DNA of 63,706 bases, the filler included, from Choristocarpus tenellus KU-1152 (taxonomy: Eukaryota; Protista; Phaeophyceae): the NCBI GenBank assembly GCA_964200185.2. It is 10 parts of 10 records of this genome, joined end to end, with 100 filler letters (N's around TTAATTAATTAA, not from the genome) between each part and the next. Parts side by side here need not be neighbours in the genome. Positions count along the whole stretch, not along the records: positions 7,009 to 24,006 come from CAXNAD020000738.1; positions 24,107 to 30,756 come from CAXNAD020007658.1; 8 more parts are not named here. One strand, 5' to 3'. Positions within the stretch are counted from its first letter, which is position 1. Every line of letters starts with the position of its first letter. This document shows, in pieces, positions 11,767 through 24,437 of the stretch. The notes under the pieces are model-generated. The model ran no database searches. It saw only the letters and a list, made by a program, of their open reading frames with translations, and had not been told where the DNA came from. The position numbers and the translations under genes were made by a program.

Positions 11767-13535
11767 GTGATGTATTCCTGATTCATTACATATGTGTGTG
11801 TGTGTGTGTGTGTGTGTCTGTGTTGCATCTTTCAGAAACGTAGAGGATTAAAATAACGAGATACCAATATGCCAAATGTAGAACGCTAGCAATACCAACA
11901 GATAGGGGCACACACAAACGGATAGTAAAAGGGAACAATCAATAAATGTGTGTTTATACACCTTAGTAATGGCAATGTTACCAACAGCAAAGGTATGGGA
12001 CAAGTTGTAAACAAACCATTGTATAAGTGATAGAACATGAACGTTTTTCTTAGTGTGTAGAAGTTAAAACGGACTCGAATCTATTCCATTAATAGATGTT
12101 TGCAAAATCAGTTCAACTAGATGAGGCATAAAAATGTGGTGCATGATTGATGCAAGGACAGAACAGTAAGCTGGTTAAACCTACTTGGTTCATATATTCC
12201 ACTAAACATGGAGATATTTAAATATTATTGTAATAATATTTTTTTCAAATTTATTCATTGTAGCAATTTTTGAAATATGATCTTACGAATCTCGTTTTTC
12301 TGGTCCTGATCAAGTCAGGGTTCCATAACATTGATAGTGGTTTTGGTAGTTATAAGAGTGTTTTTGCTCCACGCTTCCATCCTACTCTCTCCTTGGTAAC
12401 AAGTATGTCAAGTGGGAGGTCTCCCTCGCTTGATCAGGTGCACAAATGATGTTCGTGGATTGTGGTACTGATACACTATAGATGCCACTGGTGGAGTAGA
12501 TAATAAGATGGAGAGGCAGTGATGGATATACTAGATGTATTGACTCGCTGGTGTCCACTTATTTGTGTTCTGTTCCAGATATGTTTGTTATAATGAAGAA
12601 AAGTAAGTGGGTGAGTGACTCGCAGTAAGTTAGTGTGGACGATTGCAAACCCCAAAGCCCTTGTAACACTAACATTATTTTTCACACTAGCACATGCTGT
12701 CCTCTACCAAGGCACACGATTGATCATCTTAACCCTGGGCCCAGTGTGGAATGCTTAAACAAATGATTCGTGTGTCGTATGTCGGATTTCTGGAGTATCG
12801 TTTTCCGTTCTCTGCGATCGACCCTCTGTACACTGTGTAACAAGGTGCTGGAGATCGAGTTCAACGACCCCACATCAACAACACATATGCGAGGACAAAG
12901 ATCACACAAGAACTTTCAGCAATGTAATCCTAGCGTACATACCTTCATTCGATCAAATCATCTGACCACAACTCAAGTTTATTTCCGAAATATCCAACCC
13001 CGCACACCCACTTTGTTACATGGCAGTAGTGCAAACAATACCTGAGGGTACGTTCCCTAGTTGGTGTAGAAGTCAACATCCATACCTGATTCAAAACCAC
13101 AACACACGGATCCTTCAACTCCCACCTTCCACCCCTCTACCCTACTCCATTCATAGACTGGTTTGTGTGGATGACGAATGTTCTCACCTCCTTACAGAAG
13201 AGATGAGATGACGTGCCTACTTCCACATGGACCAACCGTATCTAGTTTTGTTTTCCATCTCAAATATGTAGTATTATGGATTGGACAAGATACACTGCAT
13301 TATTATACGATACAGTAGTTTGTACAGAATGTGCAATGGAAGGCGTGTGCAAATTTGAAATGCAGATTTTTATTATTTTCGTACTCTTTTCTTTTTTTTA
13401 CACCATATGGACCGTCCCCTCAAGGAGTCATCGTGTTGGCTAGGCACACCCTTGTGTTCAACTGGAGTAGACTCAAGGAAGTCACACGGTGGGCAAGGGC
13501 AGAGACGGGAAAAGGTTTTGGCTCACTCAGAGTAG

Positions 13536-16500
13536 ATGATGGAAGTTGCTCCTGGATCCGTGTCGCAGGAAGGAAAAGTAGTCTACAATTCCGACCTCTT
13601 CTTTGACGAGAAGATCCTGTTTCACAATTCGTTCGCCTCAACCACCGACGGCGCACGATTCTTCAGGGCTCGTAACGGGGCATCCAGCGACCTCAAGGTA
13701 AGACAGGACGAGAGCGTTCGTCACTCGAATGAAGTTAGACAAAATTTGCAATGTGGAATAGATCTTGCAGTTTTCATCGTTAGTTCCGACCGAGCTGGTG
13801 TGACGTCCCTGTTGATTATCCCCGTTAGACGAACGTATATTCGAAATCCGTGGTCAGTACCAATACTATCTACTCGACCTCTCCTGTAGCACCGGACCGA
13901 TCCGCGTTCCACATCATACAGTAGAACCAATGATGCCCTCGTGAGTCAGATCCTTACTCATTATTGGCCATGGGAAGGAAGTGTGGCCTATTCCCCCCAT
14001 TCCCCAACACAAAGAAGTATGTGTTTACCTTACCTTCCACCCAGAAGGAGACCAATGGAAATTGCTTAACGCGCGGCAACGAGAAAGATAGATCAGACCG
14101 AGGCTTGTGGGCATGCCTGTATATATGCGGTTGTCGAAAGTGGAGTCAAGTTGTGTTTCCAAAATCCTTGGATATGTTGGTCACGGCAACAAAGATCCAC
14201 GGAAGCACATTTCGTGGAAATCGTCCTTCTTTGGAGAGGCGCATCACGAGAATCCCTATGTTGGAGATACAGAAATATTGTTCCTTCGCGTTGACTCCTC
14301 AAGTATGATCTGTAGACCGTGAGGATTCAGGTGACCTGAGTAGCGAAGGTCAGTAAGAACATACCAATATGATTTATTGTTGAAGAAGCATTATCATAAT
14401 ATCGTACTCGAGTTCTATGTATTAGATAGTGGTACTACTGTTGTAACAATCAATCACACAACAATTATCAAACACTCGCTCCAATTTTTCAGTTGGATAA
14501 TGTTTATAATGGTGGTTATTGTGGACTCGATAAAAGTGAGGTACAGAAAGAGAGGCACATACATACATAGAGTCCAAGATGGAGGTGTAGAGGTCCAGAT
14601 ATGTTGTTGAATTGAAGTACAAAGTGGGTTCTTGATTTTACAACTGTAGGAGGCTTTTCCGTTCATAATTACTATGGTGTGAAGGATCGATCCATGATCT
14701 AAGAGAAAGTAGGGAGCAATCCAACCTTATCGTGTTACACGGGCTAGGCGGGATGGCTTGGCTCACTTGCGGCAAGTGCGGCACCTGCGCTTACGTTTTG
14801 TGTGGCAAGGGCATTTATCTATGTGTGCGTTCATACCATGCACTGTTTTCCACTGCTGTTCAAGAAGTGACTGGGCGGGGTCAGCCACGACCAGTCTCGC
14901 AAGGTGATTGTACGGTAATGTGAGGTGTTGGTATCTACGTGATAAGACTTGTGCTACAGATAGTTGCAGTGTCCCCCACCTACCCTTGAACTCTCAAATG
15001 TGCCATCGCCTTATCACACTCTTTGTGCACGCACAGGACAAGGTAGTAATGGAAGTGTCTGGAGCAGATCTCCAATATGAAATGTACATGGACATGGCGA
15101 ACAGTGGAGTGACCCCTCAAGTGTTCGGTTTGACCGAGGAGGGCAGTGGAGGAGAGCCATGGCTGGTGATGGAGGACCCTGGCAGGTATCCCCCGCCGTC
15201 TTCCCACCTGAACCCCCTATCCGACACCCTCTCCTGAGCACACCTCAAGACCGAAGGGCGCTCACTACTGTCGGAGAACGCATGCTGTAGCAACGCACTG
15301 CTTACGCAGCACTCACTGATCCTTAGAATGGGCTTGCCAATTAGGTGTTGATAGAATTGTCGCCTACAAATACTCCCAATACTCGAGTAAGGTCATCATG
15401 TTGCATCTTGTAATTGGCAATTTTCCCAGACTCCTTTTTTACTGTCTAGGCGCAGCAGGTGTAACGGAGGGAGAATGTGCTGGTGAGATTGCCCACGCGC
15501 TGCAAGGTGGATGCACCTGTGATCTCACCCCAACCCTAAACCTGATACTGCATAGACTTATCTTGCGAATCCTCACATTCTGTGGCACCAAGAGTGGTGC
15601 TGAGACCCAGTCACCCCCATGTCGTTCGTTATTGCCTCTCCTCCACCTTTTTCATCCGTCCATTATCAGGCCCCTGAGCTCACTTGTCAACGAGATCTCT
15701 GAAGAGGGGGATGTCACTGCCCTGGAACACATCTTTTTTGAGGTGATGGGTGATGAACAGGGTTGGTTGGGTTGTGACCAGTTGATAGTAAACATCCCAA
15801 GTTGAAACATGTGCTTTTTTTACTTATTCTCCCGGGTCGCTTGGGTTGCTGGATTTATGCTGCCAATAGGGTGGGTGGGTTGTGAATCTCACTTGTCTCC
15901 AGTCATACTAAGTGAGAACATTCAACCAAAAAATGTTGTCAGGTGTTTGATACAGTTTTCAATTGATTGCAAAGGGTGTGTTGCAGCATAGGGAGCCAAG
16001 GAAGTAGGTGTCCTTGGTGCAGCATCTGGCAAGGCTAGAGGCAACACTTCTTGTGACCCTACCCGCCTTTCCCCCCTTGATTCTGTTCCCAAGACTCTGA
16101 TGGCCTTGAAGGCGGAGCACAACCACGGACGCTTCCATGGCTCAGTGAGAGCTGAGAACGTGTTTGTCCAGCCTGTGCCTGGTGTGCGAAACAGGTTCAA
16201 GGTCTTCCTTGTTGGTTGGGGCTCAATGTATTCTTATGGCAATGTGAGTTGAGAGTGGGGTTGTTGGACTGGGTTATTCCAAGAACCCAAGGTCGATTTT
16301 GATGTGTAGGGAGTACAAAACACGTGCCACATGATTGAGTAGCAAGCGCGACCTACTGTTGGATGGTAAAAGGGAAAAATTTCCATGAGTTGAAGCATTC
16401 ACTCCAACAAACCCAGATGTGGGGGAGACAAATGTAGAGTATCAGGCTGCAGGATGTAGTACAGTATTTTGTATCTCAGGATTGACCAGTGTGTAGGAGT

Positions 16501-18166
16501 GGGAACCAGGTGCATTGCAAGTACACCTGTGTAGTTGACTCAGCTGCTTGATAAGGCAAGCCGCTATATGAGTTGATACTACCCGCCCACCCACTCACCC
16601 TCCCGCACACTCCCTCCAACAGGATGACTATGAGGAAAAGCATTTTATTGCCCATGAGTGGGCTACACTGGATGGGGTTCACAGCCCTGATGAGGTAAGG
16701 AGGGGGGAGGGGGTTATTCTTGTGATGCATTTGGCTGCTTGCTGTGAACGGTATTTGTCAACCCACGATATGTACTATTGGACACAAGATTGGTCGATAT
16801 GTAGGAAAGGGCACATGGTGTATTGTGAGGTTGCCCCAGTAATTGACAATGCCCCACCCAAGACACCCAAGACACCCAAGACACACTGCGACGACCACGA
16901 GAATCATTTGATTGGTTCAAGAGCGGATTTGGCCTAGCAAGATTCACAACCGATGCGTGGTAAGGAAGTTTATCCTTGGGGAGAGAGGGCGGGTGAGTCA
17001 TTCTTGTGTTGCCTTTGATGTCTTCCTGCTGGCAGCGGTATTCAACAGCGCAAGAATGAACCCCCCCCTTTCCCCCCAAAGGTAATCATCCTTTTATCCT
17101 CAGGATGAAAAATCTCACCGGGTGTGACTTGCTCTTGAGTCAGTGACATGATTCTCCTCATGACTACCCTGTCCGGAAGAGACTTTTTGTGTGTGGGGGG
17201 GTGGGTGGGTAGTATCAACTCACGTAGTGACTTGCCTGATGTAGCGAGTGGGTTATTTATGTGTGTATGTTCGCCTGGGTGTACTTGCCATGCACCTGGT
17301 ACCATCTCTCACATACTGGCTAGTCCTGCAGGAAATATTAGTATATGCTTTGCATTGATAAATAGAGTTGATATGATGTATCCCCTTGTGTTTGGACTGC
17401 CTGTACTCCTTAGAATGATGCAGACACGTGCAAGTTGTGTTTGTGCAGTGCTATGGTGCCTGATAGAGGTGGTGGAACTGTAGTTTGTGCTGCACCTGGT
17501 GTGATGTGTTTACATGTGTAGAAAGCACATCTGTGTATCCTAAGCATGAGGTAGCTTGGAATGTGTTGAGTGTGTTGTTCATCGGTCCTCCTGAAACACC
17601 CTTTTCAGCACATCTTCGCCGCAGTGCTTGTTGTGTTGTGGAGTTGTGTGCACTGTCCCCATCCTGTACTTGCCCACGTGTTACTGTCATTGACACTTGA
17701 TATTATGAACCCTGTTTTTGGCCAACAGCGAGTAGCCATCATCGACAGGTTGTGGAAGGAGGAGGTCAACCCCTCGACTTTTGATGCTGAGGCGGCCGAT
17801 ATGTGGGGGTTCATGGCCATGGTGATGGAGGCCTTCGGAGCCGCTGACCAAGTTGGTCCCATTGGCATTGCAGTTGGAACAGGCGCCATGCCCCCCCCTG
17901 CCATGCCCTCAGGTGATCTGTTGGAATGTAACAAAGGCAGGTAGATGAGATTCTTGGATCAATATTCCCACTGCTATTAATGACATGCATTGCATTCCTT
18001 GTCAGATCTGTGGAAGCTTCTTGTGGGACTGAGTCAGAAGCCAAACAACAGGCCAACCCGTGCAGACGTGGAGGCCAATCACTGGGTGTGCAGATGGGCA
18101 GACAAGTGTGTTGCCCTGCCTTATTCCCCTGGTACATGGCGGGCAGACATGGCTGGCTTCGTAGGG
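13536..18166 (+). pseudogene. Spliced protein-kinase-fold gene with degenerate catalytic motifs (pseudokinase or pseudogene)
   Basis: Candidate exons 13536-13697, 15037-15185 (KVVMEV..WLVMEDPG), 16094-16243 (ALKAEHNHGRFHGSVRAENVFV..VFLVGWG), 17729-17911 (AADMWGF) and 18006-18166 (LSQKPNNRPTRADVEANHW). They follow kinase subdomains II-V, VIb-VII, IX and XI in order, with GT/AG boundaries. The linking exon near 15450 is unresolved. Confidence 0.6.
16470..17340. mobile_element. Foldback/MITE-like element with ~270-300-bp imperfect inverted arms, in a kinase-gene intron
   Basis: 16478-16745 matches the reverse complement of 17025-17330, e.g. ACCAGGTGCATTGCAAGTACACC vs GGTGTACTTGCCATGCACCTGGT and TGAGTTGATACTACCCGCCCACCC vs GGGTGGGTGGGTAGTATCAACTCA. 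Confidence 0.7.
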
Positions 18167-21100
18167 GTGAGCGCTTGAGATGTAATGCGTTCAATATGTT
18201 GGCACGGCAGCGTGCATTGTTAACTGGTACTACCAAGATGTGGCTAATTTGTGCATGAGCAGTGTGTTTGTTCGTTGAGCAGAGTGTGTTGTGTACTGTT
18301 GTAGTATCTCTAAGAATGCGTACACAATGCGGCTGCAAGGATGCACTGTTTGGGGAGTTTGGCATTTGACTCTCTGGTGTAGTGTGAGAAGAGAAGTAAT
18401 ACTTGGGGAGGATGGTAATTGACCCTGTGACAGATACCACACTCTGCTTTGTTCATGGACTCAGTGACACAGTCTGTACAGGTGTAGAGGAGACGTACGT
18501 CCCTGATCGTGTTGGCAGTTTGATATAGTATTTGATTTAAGCCATCAAATTATTTTGATTTCATTGGTGTCAATCGCTGTATGTTGACTGAATGCAGTAT
18601 CGAAAGGTATCGAGTTGGGGGGGACCGGATCATGCTGTGCCAGATGCAGCAACTGCAGACAGTGCCAATACCTCGGATGGCGGTGATGTGGAGGATGGGG
18701 CCTGGGAAGAGGCTTTATCAGCATGGGAGAGTGAAGAGGAGGAGGAGGAGGAGGAGGAGGAGGGAGAGGGAGAGGGAGAGGGAGTCTGGGCAGGGAGGAA
18801 GTCAACAGGGGAGGTGGGGCTCACCCCTGGGCTGCGAGCAGTGTCTCCGGAAGAGGTTTGTTGTATGTGTGAACTGGTTTGCATTTGCTGGGTTACTTTG
18901 CAGAGCGATGGATATTCTTACGCTGTATTTTCCCTCAAACACATGGCTCTCCCTGGTGATGTGTGTGCTTACACGGAATATCAATGCCCCACCGCTGGGT
19001 AGTAGGCCTTTTTTGGAGGTAGTACAGTTCTGCCGCACAGTATTAAAGCACCACGCAGTCAGAGTAAGATTGCCGTGGTTGATTCTACACAGCAGAGATG
19101 CAATTTGTAATGAGGGGGTGCAGTGCAATATTCATCCATACTCTGGAGGCGTTATTTGTTACCAAGTGGCCAATGCAGGCAGCTGGGCAGCAATCAAATT
19201 TGTTTTGCATTATGGTTTGCCTGTGTATCAGAGCAAGGTACATATTCACTCTGGGTTTTTTTTCGGTGAATCCTGATCGTGGAACACTGCCTGCCCCCCA
19301 TCCCCCCCCTCATGTACAGCCTTCACAGAGTGGATTTGTGGTGTGTGCTGAGGCCCCAGTGGCAGTGTCCTCCCAGCATGCATCCTGCCTAATATTTTCT
19401 GGCAAAGTGAAGGAAAAGATGATCGGGGTTGCACCATGTGTTCCGTTTGGGACCAAAGATGAGGGTGGAGATGGAGGTGTGGATGTATCTACTGTGTCAG
19501 TATTGGAATGGGGTGTTGGTAGGGGGCTGAGAGCAAAAATGAGCACAGAGGAGCCTGGGGTGGAGGTATGGGAGGTCCCTGAAAAGGCAAGGGGCAAGAG
19601 GGCCAGGGAAGAGGAAGACAAAGAAGATGGAGGAAGCAATGGTGGGAAGGTGCCACGTAGGAGGTGAGGAGTGTGGGTGGGCGTGTTGCCTTTGATCCTG
19701 TTTGATTGTCTGGTTGTCCTCCCAGCGGATCTATTTTGTGGGTTGATATTTGAAGGCTACGGTGTGGAGGTTTGTGGTGGTTAGGGCCCTTGCTTTTGGT
19801 GAAGATGAAATATACCTTCCACATCAACACTAGAGTTCTTACAGCAGTATACCGAGAGGAGCTAGATATTGACATTCATTGCTCCCCTTGCTTGTGGCTG
19901 TGGCAAGTGTATATATGTATGCAACTGAACTGTTCCATGCAAATTGTCCCTATCTATGGCCAAATATCCATGACAACCCGCCTGTGGTCCCCGCTCTCTG
20001 CTCACAGGGACTGGTGTGCAGCAAGCCGTGTGCTGACCCCTTGGGAGGCTCATGGCCTCAACAGGGCAAAGAGTGGTTCGCTAGTAAAGAAGACAGTGAG
20101 ATAATAGCGTCATTTGGAGGGGGGTGCCAGCAGTGTGTTGAAGATTTGTGAGCGTGTACAAGATGGCCAGTTGGTTCCCTTGAGCTCCTCTCCCTGTTGT
20201 TTTGTGAAATTGTTTTGTGGAGTGGGATCGTCCCTGGCCAGGCACTATGACACCTATGTCCCGATGTTGGTGCAGCTTGCCAATTTTTTCCTTGATACTG
20301 CTTTTAAGATTGTGCATGAAGAAAAGATTGTTGATCACTTTTTGTAGATTGTTGCCACGAGATTTGCTTGTGTTCAGCGGTGATGTGATTGCCCCTCCAG
20401 AGTGTAGCTACTCTGTGCCATCAATGATGGATAATTACTGAAGTACACAGGCCTTGGATGTTGGGCGTCACTGGTTGGGGATATTTTGTATCTCGATGGA
20501 GGCTGATGAAGAAGACAGCAGTAGAGAGAGATTGAGGTACTTTACTTTGCCCCAGAAGTATGACCTATCTACCTTTTGGTTTCCATAAATAGTGACCTCT
20601 CTTGGCGCTGCTGAGAGTAAGATTTCACTGAGACCAAGCTTGTTATTTAGGGGGTTTGAGGACCGTTGTGGATGAATGCGGTTGTTGGCTGTTGGGACTG
20701 GTTGCAACCTTGTCTGCAAGGTTGTAGTGGAGTAGTCGGTGCTCTTGGCCCTCTCATAAACTGAAGAATTGCGTCATTGTTGCAATGCTGTTGCTCTTTT
20801 GGTAGTGACCGTAAAACAGCGGTGGTGCTTATAGTTGATGTGCTGATTGCACAATGTTTTCTTTGTTGTTACGAGGTTGGTTTGCAGGACAACACCGCCC
20901 TCAGTCCTCTCATGTATTGAAGACCAAGGTTGATGGTGCGGTTTTGCAATATTGGGTTGTGGTGGGGGCTGTTTGTGGTTCTTGCATTGGGCTGATGTTG
21001 CGTGTTTCTGCCACACAATGATAGCTGTTGCTTGGTCTGAGCCCCTGCTCATGTTGTTAATATTTGTCTATGCATGAGGCAGTGGTCAAGTGTTACACAT

Positions 21101-21350
21101 CTTTTAACTTAGTTAAAGCTTATTGCATATGATGACATTTATTTCTTTTTTTGTGCTATTGTAGAGTGACTGCAATTTTTTAGCAGTGCTTCAGCTTTGA
21201 GCTGTAAATTGTAATACAAGGGTTGATTTGGAGGGGTTATTTCAAGTGCTATAAAATGATTATCTATCAATCGTGTCATTCTGGTACGATTGACAAAACT
21301 CCCTTCTTTGTACAAAACTGGAATATGAAGGAGTGGAGTGCAGGGTGGAG

Positions 21351-22270
21351 TGGTCACTTCAAACCTTTCCCAACTCCAAAGACGATTTCCTTGAGTAATA
21401 ATGTTTTTGTCTGTGATAGTAATGGCAATCTATTATTGGTTGCAGAACCGCACTCCTCGCTGCCTGTAGTAGCAGGGGTTGTACGTTGTGGGACGAGTGT
21501 TGGAACTGTAGCTAGTACCACTAATAATAGATGTATTGTGTAATACAATTCTTTGGTGTATATACATATCTTCGTGTGCTCTAGAATTGCATTCTCTCCT
21601 ACTTCGTTATTTTTCATATCTTGTTCTTGCAGGAGATTGTTATCCAACACCAATTTTTTATATTCAGAGTCAACCTCTTATGACCACAGTAGTGGAATCT
21701 ACAAATGGGTACAGAAATTTCAAGGTTGTTTAGTTTCTGAGGTGGAACAAAAGAACCTTGTAGAGAAAGATGTGATAGTTGGTCAGTATCGTGTGTGTGT
21801 GTGTGTGTGTGCGCGTACGTGACTGCAATGCATTGTCTCCCTTTTCTGAAATCTGTGTCCTCACCTATTGTACAAGGTAGTAGTAGTAGTAGTAAATGTA
21901 GTGATGACTACAACAATATAGTAATATTTGACGATTGAACGGATGTACTTTAACAAACTATTTGGATACTACTACTACCACTACTACTATATAACAAGAG
22001 GAACAACAGACTTGATATTAGCAGCTATTGGTAGACGTGCAGAGGTAGATGTTTAAAACGGTCGTTTGGCATCCCCCCAGTCCTTCCCTGCTTTCTGTTG
22101 GTTTAATGTATTGAGGGGACAGAATGGACAGAATGTTGCTTCCTTATATGCTATCTATCTAGCGTACAGGGTCCTGGCCTGTGATATCTTCATTACTTTT
22201 GATGAATTCACTGTTAGCAAATTGAAGGTCAACGTCATGCACAAAGCTCACAGGTATACATGCATGCTGA
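21351..22270 (-). repeat. Right copy of the ~950-bp diverged inverted repeat
   Basis: Reverse-complement homologue of 10812-11766. Confidence 0.85.
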
Positions 22271-22849
22271 GCTCAATCATCAAAATCTACAAAAATACTT
22301 CGGGTGTGTAAATCCCAGTGATATTGTCAACACCAGTATTGGACCAAATGCAGAGGTGATGAACCTGTATTTACATCAAGTACTCAACATACAGAAAGAG
22401 ATTAGCAAGATGCGCATGGTACACTCCTGAGCCTGATGTTGTCGCTCTTGAAAGACTAGGCATTTGGATTGGCTCAAAATATAAAAGTCAGATCTGATTC
22501 ATAGGGGATTTCTACTATTAATAGTATAAATTAAAAAATGGGGAGTCAATGATCCAATGATTTGTGCAATATGAAATTCCACATGCACCACTAATAATGT
22601 GCGATGGGTAATTCATGGAAGCATGATGAACGGGGAGTGCAAAATAATTCCTGTCTCTCCATATGATGGCAAACTATTGTCAAGACAGTGAAGCAGAATG
22701 AAATATAGTAGAGCTGAAATCCTACCTGTGGTGTGGGATCCTCACTTCCCAGAGGACAATTTTGCCCAATGACAATGCATGCTGTTCATTCTGATGCATG
22801 TTAGGATCCGCCCCAAACCATCCAGTACACAACCGACGCACTGAGAATC

Positions 22850-23790
22850 TTTCATGACATCCCCATTTCATTCACCAGACTATGAAACATGATATGTGTG
22901 TCAAAACCTTTTTTAATGCTACGACCAAGTATATATATAAAGTGACAGTACCAATCTCCTCTACATCTTGATTGAGGATTGGATAAGAAAACTTGCAAAC
23001 TCCAGAAAGTGTCAGTTTTCCACAGAGTTAAATACAACAGCACCTTGGTCAAACAACCCATACTTAACCCAGTCTTCCTAACCAAGATCCGCCCTCTATT
23101 TTACAAGTATCGAGTACATTGATGAGAGCATAACTAGGTCCATGAAAACGATATCAATCACTATGAAAACAATATGTGGTGGTGGTACACACCCCCTCCT
23201 CGTATGTTCATCTGACCGGGATTGATCCTCAAAAATGATAAACTCTGGAGATATGAATGGTTCAACTTGCCACCCTTGCCGCCCACTATCACCTACTATT
23301 CTCACATAGCCCATATCCCCACTGTTACTGCCTATCCACAAGACACACCCTCTACTTCACAGGTATATATATGCATTTTTGCTACTCACTGCCTCTTAGG
23401 AGTTCGATGGGGCTACACCCACAAGAGCCTCTCCACTGAAGGACAGCTGTCCACCAATCTCACCCTTGAGACCAGTGTTTATTGAGCTAGGGCATTGGTC
23501 CTACGGCAGCCTTGTGGTTCTTGAAGGCATTTCCAACCCACTCCAGCTGACCCCAGCTGTTGCCCAAGTATATAGCCCACCGCTCTTCACCACCCTCTTC
23601 CAGGAATTTTCCGTCAGCGTCCATGATCTATGCCAGAAGACAAAACAAGCATGCAAACATCAGAGTGAAGTGATCAAAACATCACTGAAGATTGCTGCAG
23701 ATCGCAAGTACCATGCACAACATTGGCAGCTTGTGCCACCTGTTCAGCACCATGTGGGATATTGTATATTTCAAATACTCTGATGGAATG
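22850..23790 (-). mobile_element. Possible decayed MULE/MuDR-type transposase remnant
   Basis: Frameshifted minus-strand translation gives ..VGWKC..PQGCRRTNAL../INTGLKGEIG, resembling the TNN.LE..N..LK motif. It is followed by WYC..KKGFDTHI, resembling a broken SWIM finger. Confidence 0.3.
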
Positions 23791-24178
23791 CCTAGATTAT
23801 CCAACATCTTGTTGTGAAATGGGTATCATTCCAAGTGGAATTCAGTTGTTGTACTCATTTGACTTTCAAAAAAATAGGGGAAGATAGAACGGCTCTTGTA
23901 CAGGTACAGGTACCTGTGATCACGGAAGCACAAATCAGAGAAGGTGACCAAGGGGGGGGGGGGACTGGGCAGCAGCACATGGTAATAATGGCCAACTAGA
24001 GTAAACNNNNNNNNNNNNNNNNNNNNNNNNNNNNNNNNNNNNNNNNNNNNTTAATTAATTAANNNNNNNNNNNNNNNNNNNNNNNNNNNNNNNNNNNNNN
24101 NNNNNNCAAGCTGTTCTTTGTCCTTCATTAAAGCACCATCTAAATGCCGCGGGTCCAGTGTGGGATAGTTCAACATGT

Positions 24179-24437
24179 GAGTGAAAATATCTTAGAGGGT
24201 AGAAGTTTTGCCCTGTTTGCCCATTTGGGGCTTGGCTTCCCACAGTTTTTTTAAAGACATTTTACCTACTCTGAAATGTTTTGAAGTAGCTAAAATGTAT
24301 GTTATGAAAAGGTGTCTCTGGAACAGGGATATTGACACTTCCTAACAAACATGATAGCCAAAATTACATCAAAATCACAACAATGTATGTTGACCCCCAA
24401 ATGGACGCGACTATTACCCTCTAAGATACTTTGGCTC
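24179..24437 (-). mobile_element. MITE, family A (259 bp)
   Basis: TIRs GAGTGAAAATATCTTAGAGGGT ... ACCCTCTAAGATACTTTGGCTC. The interior is homologous to 34492-34745 in reverse orientation. Confidence 0.85.
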
